Assembly: GCA_036555085.1 (NCBI GenBank)
Contig: DATBMD010000225.1
Span: 1 to 60,231 of the forward strand
Reading direction: 5' to 3'
Source: Gaiellaceae bacterium
GTDB lineage: Bacteria; Actinomycetota; Thermoleophilia; Gaiellales; Gaiellaceae
Length of the DNA: 60,231 bases
Positions 40,072 through 48,926 of this stretch are shown in pieces. A program made the translations under genes and the position numbers. The notes below the pieces were generated by a model, which was given only the letters and a program-made list of their open reading frames with translations, ran no database searches and was not told where the DNA came from. Numbering within the stretch: the first letter of the stretch is position 1; the number at the start of each line of letters is the position of its first letter.

Positions 40072-41289
40072 CTACCCGGGCCGTTCCGGGAACGAGTCGA
40101 CGCGCTGGGACCGCGGCAGCGCCGGCTCGAGCCGGAGCCGGCGCAGCAGGTCGAGCAGCGCGAGGAAAAGCGTGAGCAGCGTGGCCGCGAGCACGGCTCC
40201 TCCGGCCGAGGACGAGCCGCCGGCGGAGGCCGACGACCCGCTCGGCGCGGTTCCGGCAGCGGAGCGCAGGTCGAGCGGCGCCGGCCGCGCCGGTCGCTCG
40301 GCCCGGGCCTCACGCGGCGCCGGTCGGGCCGTTGGGGAGCGCTCTGCGCGCGCCGGACGGTCGGCCGGCGCCGCCGCATCGGGCGGGGCGCGCCGGGCCT
40401 CGGCGGGCGCCGCGACCGCACGTGCCCCCGCGGCGACGTCGTCTACCGCTGGGGGCACGGCGGGCGGCGGCGGGCGGCCGAGCTCACGCGCTGCCGGCGG
40501 CAGCGCGTGTCGCGCAGGCTGGGGGGAGAGGAGCCCGACGACCGGTTGCGATACGGCCTCCGGGAGCTCGGCCACGCCTTCTGGTACCGGGATCTCGATC
40601 TCCGTCGACAGTGCGGGGGCTTCCGGCGAGGACGTCGCTGTCTGCGCGGATTCGATTGGCAGTTCGACAGCGATCGAGACGTGATACTGCTCGAGAAGCA
40701 ACTGGTATCGCTCGACGAATTCGCGAACGGAATTCGCCGAGAGACGGCGCGCCATGTCGCACGCGGCGGCGAGCCCCAGCAGCCCACGTATCTGCTCGGT
40801 GTCGCAGGCGTTCGGCGGCGACGGCGCCGGGGAGGCGGCGCGGTTCGGGGGCGGCGCGGGCCGCGGCGCCGGTCGGGGCGCCGGCTCGCTGGCGGCGGGC
40901 GGCGTCGGCGGCGCGACGGGTGCGGGACGAGCCGGAAGCGGCGTCGCGGCGCGATACTGCGACTGAACAGGCTGATATCGCACCGGTTTCACGGGGCTCG
41001 GCGCGGCCGGCTGCGGCTGTGGGGGCGGCGGTGGCGCCGCGGCGGTCGCCGCTGCCGGCTCGGGCTCGCCGGGAGCGGCGGCGGGGCTCGGTGTCGCGGC
41101 CTGCTCGACGAGCGCCGTCACGTCCTCGGGCAGCGGCACCTCGGCGAGCGCTTCCTGGACCATCTGCGTCACGTCGACGGGGAGGACCGGCTCGCTCGAC
41201 GGGGTTTCCGCACGGGCGTCGGCACAGATGCAAAGCGCTGCGAAAGTCGCGAGCAGCGCGCCGAGCGAGGCGGAATAGAGCGTGGGCAC
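40072..41289 (-). CDS. Pro/Ala-rich exported membrane-anchored protein ending in ...SFPERPG*
   Basis: Signal-like VPTLYSASLGALLATFAALCICADARA, long Pro-rich stalk, C-terminal TM segment and short basic tail. Start is 41289 or 41295. Confidence 0.65.
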   Translation of the reverse strand: MPTLYSASLGALLATFAALCICADARAETPSSEPVLPVDVTQMVQEALAEVPLPEDVTALVEQAATPSPAAAPGEPEPAAATAAAPPPPPQPQPAAPSPVKPVRYQPVQSQYRAATPLPARPAPVAPPTPPAASEPAPRPAPRPAPPPNRAASPAPSPPNACDTEQIRGLLGLAAACDMARRLSANSVREFVERYQLLLEQYHVSIAVELPIESAQTATSSPEAPALSTEIEIPVPEGVAELPEAVSQPVVGLLSPQPARHALPPAARELGRPPPPAVPPAVDDVAAGARAVAAPAEARRAPPDAAAPADRPARAERSPTARPAPREARAERPARPAPLDLRSAAGTAPSGSSASAGGSSSAGGAVLAATLLTLFLALLDLLRRLRLEPALPRSQRVDSFPERPG

Positions 41290-41360
41290 ACGCACCTCGA
41301 GTTGTAAATACCCAACGGAGAGGGATATGAGCCGTGCAGGTCGACAATTACACTCGCGGC

Positions 41361-41957
41361 ATGCATTGCGACGACGAAATGCACGCGGGTGTGTGCGGCG
41401 CCGCGAACGGGCAGGCCCGCAGGCTGGGGCGCCAGCAGCTGATCGAGCAGCACCTGCCGCTCGTGCGCTCGCTCGCACGCCCGTTCGCCGGCCGTGGCGA
41501 GCACCTCGACGATCTCGTCCAGGTCGGCGCGATCGGGTTGATCAAGGCGGTCGACCGTTTCGACCCGGCCCGCGGCCGGCCCCTGGCCGCGTACGCGGTA
41601 CCCACCATCAGGGGCGAGATCAGGCGGTACCTGCGCGATCGCGCCGCCCCCCTCCGCGTCCCGCGGGTCGAGCAGAGCCGTGGTCGCGTCGTGATCGGGC
41701 TGCCGCTCGCCGAGGGGCGCGACGAGAGCTCTGCCGCCGGCGAGGCGAGCGCGCTGGAGCTGGGCGAGAGCAGGGCGCTCCTGCACGACGGGATGCGCGC
41801 GCTCGACAGCCGCGAGAAGCGGATCGTCCACCTCCGCTACTTCGGCGACCTCAGCCAGAGCGGCATCGCGGCAGAGCTCGGGCTCTCGCAGACCCACGTC
41901 TCGCGCCTGCTGCGCGGCTCGCTCGAGAAGCTGCGAGCCGAGATCGGCGCGCGGTAG
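41361..41957 (+). CDS. SigB/SigF-like (group 3) sigma factor with a shortened or absent region 3
   Basis: Region 2 DDLVQVGAIGLIKAVDRFDP...YAVPTIRGEIRRYLRD and region 4 LRYFGDLSQSGIAAELGLSQTHVSRLL. TACACT lies 6 nt before ATG 41361. Confidence 0.85.
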   Translation: MHCDDEMHAGVCGAANGQARRLGRQQLIEQHLPLVRSLARPFAGRGEHLDDLVQVGAIGLIKAVDRFDPARGRPLAAYAVPTIRGEIRRYLRDRAAPLRVPRVEQSRGRVVIGLPLAEGRDESSAAGEASALELGESRALLHDGMRALDSREKRIVHLRYFGDLSQSGIAAELGLSQTHVSRLLRGSLEKLRAEIGAR

Positions 41958-42018
41958 CAGCCTGATACTGCGTTCGAGCGATTGCCGGAACCCGCTTGAG
42001 AGCTAGAATTCCCGCAAG

Positions 42019-42345
42019 GTGAGCGCTCAGCCGTCCGCTCGGCCGTCGGGGGCGTCGACGCCGGAAACGGCGCCCGTGCCCAGCGGGCGCCTGCTCCTGC
42101 GTATGCCCAGCGAGCTCCACGGCGAGCTCGCCCGCGCCGCGGAGCGTGACGGGACCAGCCTCAACCAGTTCATCACGCGCTCGCTCGCCGGCACGGTCGG
42201 CTGGCAGGGCGCCGGCAGCCCGCCGGCGCGGCGCGCCTCAGCGCGCGGCGCCGACCTGACGACCGTCGTCCTCGTCGTCAACGCCGTGGTCGTCGGGCTC
42301 GCAGCGGTCGCCGCGATCGCGATCCTCGTCGTCGCGCTCGGCTAG
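42019..42345 (+). CDS. HicB-like ribbon-helix-helix protein with a C-terminal TM helix
   Basis: SGRLLLRMPSELHGELARAAERDGTSLNQFI followed by a hydrophobic C-terminus. TAGAAT lies upstream. Confidence 0.75.
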   Translation: MSAQPSARPSGASTPETAPVPSGRLLLRMPSELHGELARAAERDGTSLNQFITRSLAGTVGWQGAGSPPARRASARGADLTTVVLVVNAVVVGLAAVAAIAILVVALG

Positions 42346-42369
42346 CCGCGGTCCTCTACTGTCCGGGCC

Positions 42370-43362
42370 GTGCGGGTACTCGTCACGGGCGGCGCCGGAA
42401 TGCTCGGGCAGAAGCTGGCCGCGCGCCTGGCGGCGGACGGCGCGCTCGGCGGCGAGCGCCTCGAGCGGCTGACGCTCCTCGACGTGGCGGCGCCGGCGCC
42501 GCCCGCCGCAGGGCCGACTCGGGTCGACGTCGCGGCCGCCGACCTGGCGGAGCCCGAGATCGCCGCGGAGCTGGTCTCCGCCCGCCCGGACGTGATCTTC
42601 CACCTGGCCGCGGTTCTCTCCCATGAGGCCGAGAGCGACTTCGAGCGCGGGTACCGCGTCAACCTCGACGGCACCCGGCTGCTGCTGGAGGCGGTGCGCG
42701 GGGCGGGCGCCGGGTATCGCCCGCGCGTCGTCTTCGCTTCCTCGATCGCCGTCTTCGGCGCGCCCCTGCCCGATGTGGTCGGCGACGAGCACTGCCTGAC
42801 GCCGTTGACCAGCTACGGGACGCAGAAGGCGATCGGCGAGCTGCTGCTGTCCGACTACGCGCGGCGCGGGCTCCTCGACGGAATCGGGATCCGGCTGCCG
42901 ACGATCTGCGTCCGGCCCGGACCCCCCAATCGCGCTGCCTCCAGCTTCTTCTCGAGCATCATCCGCGAGCCGCTGAACGGTCGGGTCGCCGTGCTGCCCG
43001 TCCCGGACGACGTGCGCCACTGGCATGCCTCCCCGCGCGCGGCGATCCGCTTCCTGCTGCACGCTGCGACGCTGGACACCGACCTGCTCGGCGACCGCCG
43101 CTGCCTGACGATGCCGGGCGTCTCGGCAACCGTCGCCGAGCAGGTCGAGGCGCTCCGCCGTGTCGCGGGCGACGAGGCCGTGCGCCTGATCCGGCGGGAG
43201 CCGGACGAGCTGGTGACGCGCATCGTGACCGGCTGGCCGCGCAGCTTCGACGCCCGCCGCGCGACCGAGCTGGGGTTCCGGGCGGAGGCGGACTTCGACG
43301 AGATCGTTCGCGTGTACGTCGAGGACGAGCTCGGCGGCACGTTCGCGGGAGCGGCCGCGTGA
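42370..43362 (+). CDS. denD: D-erythronate dehydrogenase-like NAD-dependent epimerase/dehydratase
   Basis: [20 protein letters not shown] and [28 protein letters not shown] motifs. Confidence 0.8.
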   Translation: MRVLVTGGAGMLGQKLAARLAADGALGGERLERLTLLDVAAPAPPAAGPTRVDVAAADLAEPEIAAELVSARPDVIFHLAAVLSHEAESDFERGYRVNLDGTRLLLEAVRGAGAGYRPRVVFASSIAVFGAPLPDVVGDEHCLTPLTSYGTQKAIGELLLSDYARRGLLDGIGIRLPTICVRPGPPNRAASSFFSSIIREPLNGRVAVLPVPDDVRHWHASPRAAIRFLLHAATLDTDLLGDRRCLTMPGVSATVAEQVEALRRVAGDEAVRLIRREPDELVTRIVTGWPRSFDARRATELGFRAEADFDEIVRVYVEDELGGTFAGAAA

Positions 43363-44102
43363 CCGGCATCGCGCTCGTGACCGGAGCGGGCAGCGGCATC
43401 GGCAAGGCGTCGGCGATCGCCCTCGCCGACGCCGGCTTCACGGTCGTCCTGGCCGGTCGCCGCCCCGAGCCGCTCCAGGCCGCGGCGGCGGAGGCGGGCC
43501 GCGACGCGGTCGCCCTGACCTGCGACGTCACCCAGCCCTCGTCCGTGGCGGCGCTGTTCGAGGAGATCGCCGCGCGCTTCGGGCGGCTCGACCTCCTCTT
43601 CAACAACGCCGGCGTCGCCGGCCCCCCGGCGCCGCTCGAGGACGTCGGCGTCGACGAATGGCGATCGGTGCTGGACACGAACGTCACCGGGGCGTTCCTG
43701 TGCACGCAGGAGGCGTTCAGGCTCATGAAGCGGCAGCTCCCCAGAGGCGGCAGGATCATCAACAACGGCTCGCTCTCGTCGAGCGTGCCGCGTCCGCGCT
43801 CCGCGCCGTACACGGCGGCGAAGCACGCGATCACCGGCCTCACGAGATCGACGTCGCTCGACGGCCGCGAGCACGACATCGCCTGCGGCCAGATCGACAT
43901 CGGCAATGCTGCCACCGACATGACCCAGAGGATGCGCGGCCCCGGCGTCCCGCAGGCGGGTGGGACGGTCGAGCGCGAGCCCACGATCGACCTCTCCGAC
44001 GTGGCGCGCGCCGTCGTCTACATGGCCACCCTGCCGCTCGGGGCCAACGTGCAGTTCATGACCGTGATGGCGACGAAGATGCCGTTCATCGGCCGCGGCT
44101 GA
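43359..44102 (+). CDS. Short-chain dehydrogenase/reductase
   Basis: [27 protein letters not shown] and QIDIGNAAT motifs. Confidence 0.9.
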   Translation: MTGIALVTGAGSGIGKASAIALADAGFTVVLAGRRPEPLQAAAAEAGRDAVALTCDVTQPSSVAALFEEIAARFGRLDLLFNNAGVAGPPAPLEDVGVDEWRSVLDTNVTGAFLCTQEAFRLMKRQLPRGGRIINNGSLSSSVPRPRSAPYTAAKHAITGLTRSTSLDGREHDIACGQIDIGNAATDMTQRMRGPGVPQAGGTVEREPTIDLSDVARAVVYMATLPLGANVQFMTVMATKMPFIGRG

Positions 44103-44158
44103 CCGGCGACGCGCGCGCTTCCCCTCGCCCGCCGCCCCGAGTAGGCTCTCGCGCTCAG

Positions 44159-44893
44159 ATGGCGCTGCTCTCGGTCCGCGGCATCACCGTGCGCTTCGGC
44201 GGGATCGTCGCGCTCGACGGAGTCTCGTTCGACGTGGAGCGCGGGCACATCGCCGGGCTGATCGGTCCGAACGGCGCGGGCAAGACGACGGCGTTCAACG
44301 TGATCACGCGCCTCTACAAGCCCGAGGAGGGCGAGCTCGAGCTCGACGGCGAGTCGCTGCTCGCGACGCCGCCGCACCGGATCGTGGGCCGCGGGATCGC
44401 GCGCACGTTCCAGAACCTCAACCTCTTCCGGACGATGTCGGTGCTCGAGAACGTCCTGCTCGGCGCGCACGCCCGCGGGCGCGCCGTCGGGGAGGACGAG
44501 GCGCTGTCGACGCTGGACTACGTCGGGCTGCGCGAGCGGGCCCGTCAGCCCGCAGCGGCGCTCCCCTACGGCACGCAGAAGCGCGTCGAGCTGGCGCGCG
44601 CCCTGATTGCGAAGCCGACGCTGCTGCTGCTCGACGAGCCGGCCGGCGGGCTCAACCACGAGGAGGTCGAGGAGCTCGGGGCGTTCATCCGCAAGCTGCG
44701 GGACGACCACGACCTCACGGTGCTGCTCGTCGAGCACCACATGAACCTCGTCATGTCGGTCTCCGACCAGGTCACCGTGCTGAGCTTCGGGCGCACGATC
44801 GCGGGCGGGACGCCCGAGCAGGTGCGCAGCGACCCGGCGGTGATCGAGGCGTACCTCGGCGCCGAGGACGTGGACGAGGGCGCTTCGGCCTGA
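44159..44893 (+). CDS. livG: Branched-chain amino acid-type ABC ATP-binding protein
   Basis: FGGIVAL, GPNGAGKT, ARTFQN, LPYGTQKRVE and VIEAYLG motifs. Confidence 0.88.
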   Translation: MALLSVRGITVRFGGIVALDGVSFDVERGHIAGLIGPNGAGKTTAFNVITRLYKPEEGELELDGESLLATPPHRIVGRGIARTFQNLNLFRTMSVLENVLLGAHARGRAVGEDEALSTLDYVGLRERARQPAAALPYGTQKRVELARALIAKPTLLLLDEPAGGLNHEEVEELGAFIRKLRDDHDLTVLLVEHHMNLVMSVSDQVTVLSFGRTIAGGTPEQVRSDPAVIEAYLGAEDVDEGASA

Positions 44894-45600
44894 TGGCGCC
44901 GCTGCTCGAGCTGGCCGCGGTCGAGGCGCGGTACGGGCCCGTGCAGGCCCTGCGCGGGATCTCGCTGAGCGTGGAGCCGGGCGAGGTGGTCGCCGTGCTC
45001 GGCGCGAACGGCGCGGGCAAGACGACCACTCTGCGCGCGATCTCAGGCACCGTCCGGCGGTCGGGCACGATCTCGTTCGCGGGCAAGACGCTGCGCGGAG
45101 GGCCCGAGGCGGCGGCGAAGGCGGGCATCGCCCACGTCCCGGAGGGTCGTGGCACCTTCACCGACCTGAGCGTGCTCGAGAACCTCCGGCTGGGCGCGTA
45201 CACGCGCCGCGACCGGGACGTGAAGCGCGACGTCGAGCGGGTCGGCGGCTATTTCCCCTGGATCCCCGAGCGCGCCGACCAGCGCGCGGGCACGCTGTCG
45301 GGCGGCGAGCAGCAGATGCTCGCGCTCGGCCGGGCGCTGATGAGCCGGCCGACGCTGCTGATGCTCGACGAGCCGTCGCTCGGCCTCGCGCCGATGGTCG
45401 TCCGCGAGATCTTCCGGATCGTCCGGGAGCTGAACGAGCAGGACGGGCTGGCCGTGCTCGTCGTCGAGCAGGACGCGCGGATCGCGCTGCGGATCGCGTC
45501 GAGCGCATACGTGCTCGAGGTCGGCAAGGTGGCCGTCGCGGGGACGAGCGCCGAGCTCCGGGACAACGAGTCCGTCCGGCGGAGCTACCTCGGCTACTGA
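44893..45600 (+). CDS. livF: Branched-chain amino acid-type ABC ATP-binding protein
   Basis: GANGAGKT, VPEGRG, LSGGEQQM and DEPSLGLAP motifs. Confidence 0.88.
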   Translation: MAPLLELAAVEARYGPVQALRGISLSVEPGEVVAVLGANGAGKTTTLRAISGTVRRSGTISFAGKTLRGGPEAAAKAGIAHVPEGRGTFTDLSVLENLRLGAYTRRDRDVKRDVERVGGYFPWIPERADQRAGTLSGGEQQMLALGRALMSRPTLLMLDEPSLGLAPMVVREIFRIVRELNEQDGLAVLVVEQDARIALRIASSAYVLEVGKVAVAGTSAELRDNESVRRSYLGY

Positions 45601-46484
45601 TGGCGGACTTCTTCCAGCAGGTCGTGGCGGGCCTCGCCTCGGGCGGCATCTACGCCGCGCTCGCGCTGGCGCTCGTGCTGATCCATCGCGCCACGGGCGT
45701 CATCAACTTCGCCCAGGGCGAGATGGCGACGTTCTCGACGTACATCCTCTGGACGCTGACCGCGAATCACGGCTGGCCGTACTGGCCGGCGTTCGCGTTC
45801 ACGCTCGCGGTGTCGTTCGCCGGCGGCATCGCGATCCACCAGGTCGTCATCCGTCCGGTCGAGCGCGGCTCGCTGCTGCGGGTCGTGATCGTGACGATCG
45901 GGCTGCTCCTGCTGCTGAACGGCGCCATGACCTGGATCTGGGGCGGCGAGGTACGCGCCGTCGAGAACCCGTTCCCGACCCGGACGATCGACGTCGCCGG
46001 CGTCGCGATCTCGCTGCAGGATCTCTACACGATCGCCGTCGTGCTCGGCACGGTCGTCGTGCTCTGGGCGTTCTTTCAGTTCACGAAGGTCGGCCTGGCA
46101 ATGCGGGCCGCCGCGGTCAACCCCGCCGAGGCCAGGCTCGTCGGCGTCCGCGTGGCCTGGATGCTCGGCCTCGGGTGGGGGCTCGCGGCGGCGCTGGGCG
46201 CGATCGCCGGCGCCCTGACCGCGCCGAGCGTCTTCCTCGACCCGAACATGATGCAGGCCGTGCTCATCTACGCCTTCGCCGCAGCGGTGCTCGGCGGCAT
46301 CGACTCGCCCGCCGGCGCGGTCGTCGGCGGGTTGCTGCTCGGCGTGGGGCTGAACCTGCTCGGCACCTACGTCGATTTCGTCGGGGCCGACCTGAGGCTG
46401 CCGGCCGCGCTGCTCGTGATCCTCGTGGTGCTCCTCGTCAAGCCGTCGGGCCTGTTCGGGCGGCCGGAGGTGAAGCGCGTATGA
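45600..46484 (+). CDS. livH: Branched-chain amino acid-type ABC permease
   Basis: GVINFAQGE, GLAMRA, AAVLGGI and KPSGLFG motifs. Confidence 0.88.
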   Translation: MADFFQQVVAGLASGGIYAALALALVLIHRATGVINFAQGEMATFSTYILWTLTANHGWPYWPAFAFTLAVSFAGGIAIHQVVIRPVERGSLLRVVIVTIGLLLLLNGAMTWIWGGEVRAVENPFPTRTIDVAGVAISLQDLYTIAVVLGTVVVLWAFFQFTKVGLAMRAAAVNPAEARLVGVRVAWMLGLGWGLAAALGAIAGALTAPSVFLDPNMMQAVLIYAFAAAVLGGIDSPAGAVVGGLLLGVGLNLLGTYVDFVGADLRLPAALLVILVVLLVKPSGLFGRPEVKRV

Positions 46485-47551
46485 GAGGCCCGGCCGTTCG
46501 TACGCTGGCACCGGTGCTCGCGTTCGTTGCGCTCGCGGTGCTGATCTACGTCCTGCCGGCGTTCGTCAGCGACTTCCGGGCACAGCAGTTCGCGTACGTC
46601 GGCATCTACACGCTCGCGCTGATCGGGCTCAACGTGCTGACCGGCTACACGGGCCAGATCTCGCTCGGCCACGGCGCCTTCATGGCGATCGGCGGCTACA
46701 CGACGGCGATCCTGATGGCGGGGAACGAGCAGTTCTCCGGCGGCGTCAAGGACATCTGGACGATCCCGGTCGCGGGCGTCGTGGCGGGGGCGGTCGGGTT
46801 CCTCTTCGGCCTGCCCGCGCTCCGGCTCTCGGGCCTCTACCTCGCGCTCGCGACATTCGCGATCGCCGTCGCCACGCCTGCGGTGATCAAGAAGTTCGAG
46901 GGCTTCACCGGCGGCGGCGGCGGCATCAACCTGTTCGGCCTGCCCGAGCTGACCGCGGGCATCACGCCGGTGAACGTGCTCGGCTTCGAGCTGAACTTCA
47001 ACAACTGGCTCTACGTCCTCTGCTGGACGGTCACGCTCGTCGGCTACGTCCTCGCCTGGCTGCTGCTGCGCGGGCGCACGGGGCGCGCGTTCCGCGCCGT
47101 CCGGGACAGCGAGACGGCGGCGCTGTCCTCCGGGGTCAACCTCGCGACGTACAAGACGCTCGCCTTCGCCGTCAGCGCCGCCTACTGCGGCGTCGCCGGC
47201 TCGCTGTTCGCCATCGCGACGACGTTCGTCAACCCGGACACGTTCCCGATCGCGCTCTCGATCTTCCTGCTCGTCGGGGTCGTGGTCGCCGGCCTCGGCT
47301 CGCTCGTCGGCGCGATCGCCGGCGCGATCTTCATCTACTACATGCAGATCTCCTGGGCCCAGGGGATGGACAAGGTGATCCCCGACTGGCTCCCGATCCT
47401 CGGGGACGTCGACACGAGCTCGCCCGGCGCGCCGGCGGTCGTCTTCGGCGTCATCCTGATCCTGCTGATGTTCGTGTTGCCGGGCGGCGTCTCGGGGCTC
47501 GTCGCACGGCTCGGCGCGATCGCGCGTCGCGGCTACCATCGGTCGCCGTAG
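46481..47551 (+). CDS. livM: Branched-chain amino acid-type ABC permease
   Basis: GYTGQISLGHGAF, RLSGLYLALAT and GRAFRAVRDSE motifs; ATG at 46481. Confidence 0.88.
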   Translation: MRGPAVRTLAPVLAFVALAVLIYVLPAFVSDFRAQQFAYVGIYTLALIGLNVLTGYTGQISLGHGAFMAIGGYTTAILMAGNEQFSGGVKDIWTIPVAGVVAGAVGFLFGLPALRLSGLYLALATFAIAVATPAVIKKFEGFTGGGGGINLFGLPELTAGITPVNVLGFELNFNNWLYVLCWTVTLVGYVLAWLLLRGRTGRAFRAVRDSETAALSSGVNLATYKTLAFAVSAAYCGVAGSLFAIATTFVNPDTFPIALSIFLLVGVVVAGLGSLVGAIAGAIFIYYMQISWAQGMDKVIPDWLPILGDVDTSSPGAPAVVFGVILILLMFVLPGGVSGLVARLGAIARRGYHRSP

Positions 47552-47595
47552 GCCGGCCGGCGCCGGCCGCCTGCTCCGCCGACCGGGAGGCCGCA

Positions 47596-48837
47596 TTGCG
47601 TACCAGGCTCGCACTCGCAACCCTCACGCTCGCAGCCGCGCTCGTCGCAGGGGTGACGGCAGCCTCGGCGGGCCAGGCGGCGCGGGCGGCCGACCCCGGC
47701 GTCACGCCGACGTCGATCCTGCTCGGAGGCACGACGCCGCTGTCGGGCCCCTACTCGGCCTTCTCCTCGGTCGCGCGCGGCGCCGACGCGTACTTCGACT
47801 ACGTCAACGCCCGGGGCGGCGTCAACGGCCGGAAGATCTCGTACACGTACGTCGACGACGCCTACAACCCGGCGCAGACGATCCAGGCGATGCGCACGCT
47901 CGTCGAGCAGGACAAGGTCTTCGCGGTCTTCAACGCGCTGGGGACCGAGCACAACCTGCTCGTGCGCGACTACCTGAACGCCGCCGGCGTGCCGCACCTG
48001 TTCGCCGCGTCGGGGTCGACGACGCTCGGCCTCGACGCCGCCCGCTACCCGTACTCGATCGGCTTCCAGCCGAGCTACCGCGCCGAGGGCTGGATGTACG
48101 GGAAGTTCCTGGCGCGCACGCGCCCCGGCTCGCGCGTCGCCGTCCTGTTCCAGAACGACGACTACGGGAAGGATCTCCTCAACGGGCTCAAGCAGGGCAT
48201 GCACCGCTCGAAGGTCAAGGTCGTCGCGGCCGAGCCGTACGAGACGACCGCCTTCGACGTCCAGGCCCAGGTGGCCAGCCTGCGCTCGAGCGGGGCGGAC
48301 GTGTTCGCGATCTTCGCGGCGGGCAAGTTCGCGATCCAGGCCTACGTGATCGCCAACAAGCTGGGCTGGCGGCCGAAGCTCGTGATCAACAACGTGGTCT
48401 CCTCCGCCTCGAACGTGATGCTGCTGGCGTCCGAGGGCGGGACGAACAGGACGGTCCAGGGCTCGGTCTCGGGCGTCTTCCTCAAGGACCCGACGGACCC
48501 GAAGTGGGCGAAGGACCCGGCGATGCGCCTCTACCGCACCGTGATGGCGCGCTACGCGAAGGGCGCGAACGCGAGGGACGTGTACCACGTCTACGGGATG
48601 GCCGCCGCGTACACGCTGGTGCGGGTGCTCGAGCGCGCGGGCGCGAACCTGACGCGCGCGGGCGTGATGAAGCAGGTCCGCTCGCTGAACATCGCCTCGA
48701 ACCCGTTCCTGCTGCCGGGGATCACGATCAAGACCGGCGGCTCCGACCAGTTCCCGATCGAGCAGATGCAGCTCCAGCGCTGGGAGGGCAAGGCCTGGCG
48801 CGCGTTCGGCGGGCTCTGGGGCTACCGCGCCGCCTGA
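47596..48837 (+). CDS. Liv-family ABC substrate-binding protein
   Basis: GGGAGG plus TTG start, signal peptide, GGVNGRKI, DDAYNP and QNDDYGKD motifs. Confidence 0.88.
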   Translation: MRTRLALATLTLAAALVAGVTAASAGQAARAADPGVTPTSILLGGTTPLSGPYSAFSSVARGADAYFDYVNARGGVNGRKISYTYVDDAYNPAQTIQAMRTLVEQDKVFAVFNALGTEHNLLVRDYLNAAGVPHLFAASGSTTLGLDAARYPYSIGFQPSYRAEGWMYGKFLARTRPGSRVAVLFQNDDYGKDLLNGLKQGMHRSKVKVVAAEPYETTAFDVQAQVASLRSSGADVFAIFAAGKFAIQAYVIANKLGWRPKLVINNVVSSASNVMLLASEGGTNRTVQGSVSGVFLKDPTDPKWAKDPAMRLYRTVMARYAKGANARDVYHVYGMAAAYTLVRVLERAGANLTRAGVMKQVRSLNIASNPFLLPGITIKTGGSDQFPIEQMQLQRWEGKAWRAFGGLWGYRAA

Positions 48838-48926
48838 GCCGCGCCCGTACCCGGCGGGGCGCCGGACGGCCGCTGTATGCTTCCCGCTCCGGCGCGAGGA
48901 GACCGCCCGGCGACCCCACGTCACCG

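Noticed and set aside
42019-42345. HicAB toxin-antitoxin module
   Set aside because: No HicA-like ORF is adjacent, the HicB N-terminal domain is absent and a TM helix is present.
48876-48926. Riboswitch in the short fbiC leader
   Set aside because: Only about 45 nt follow the TATGCT hexamer, with no recognisable aptamer or convincing structure.
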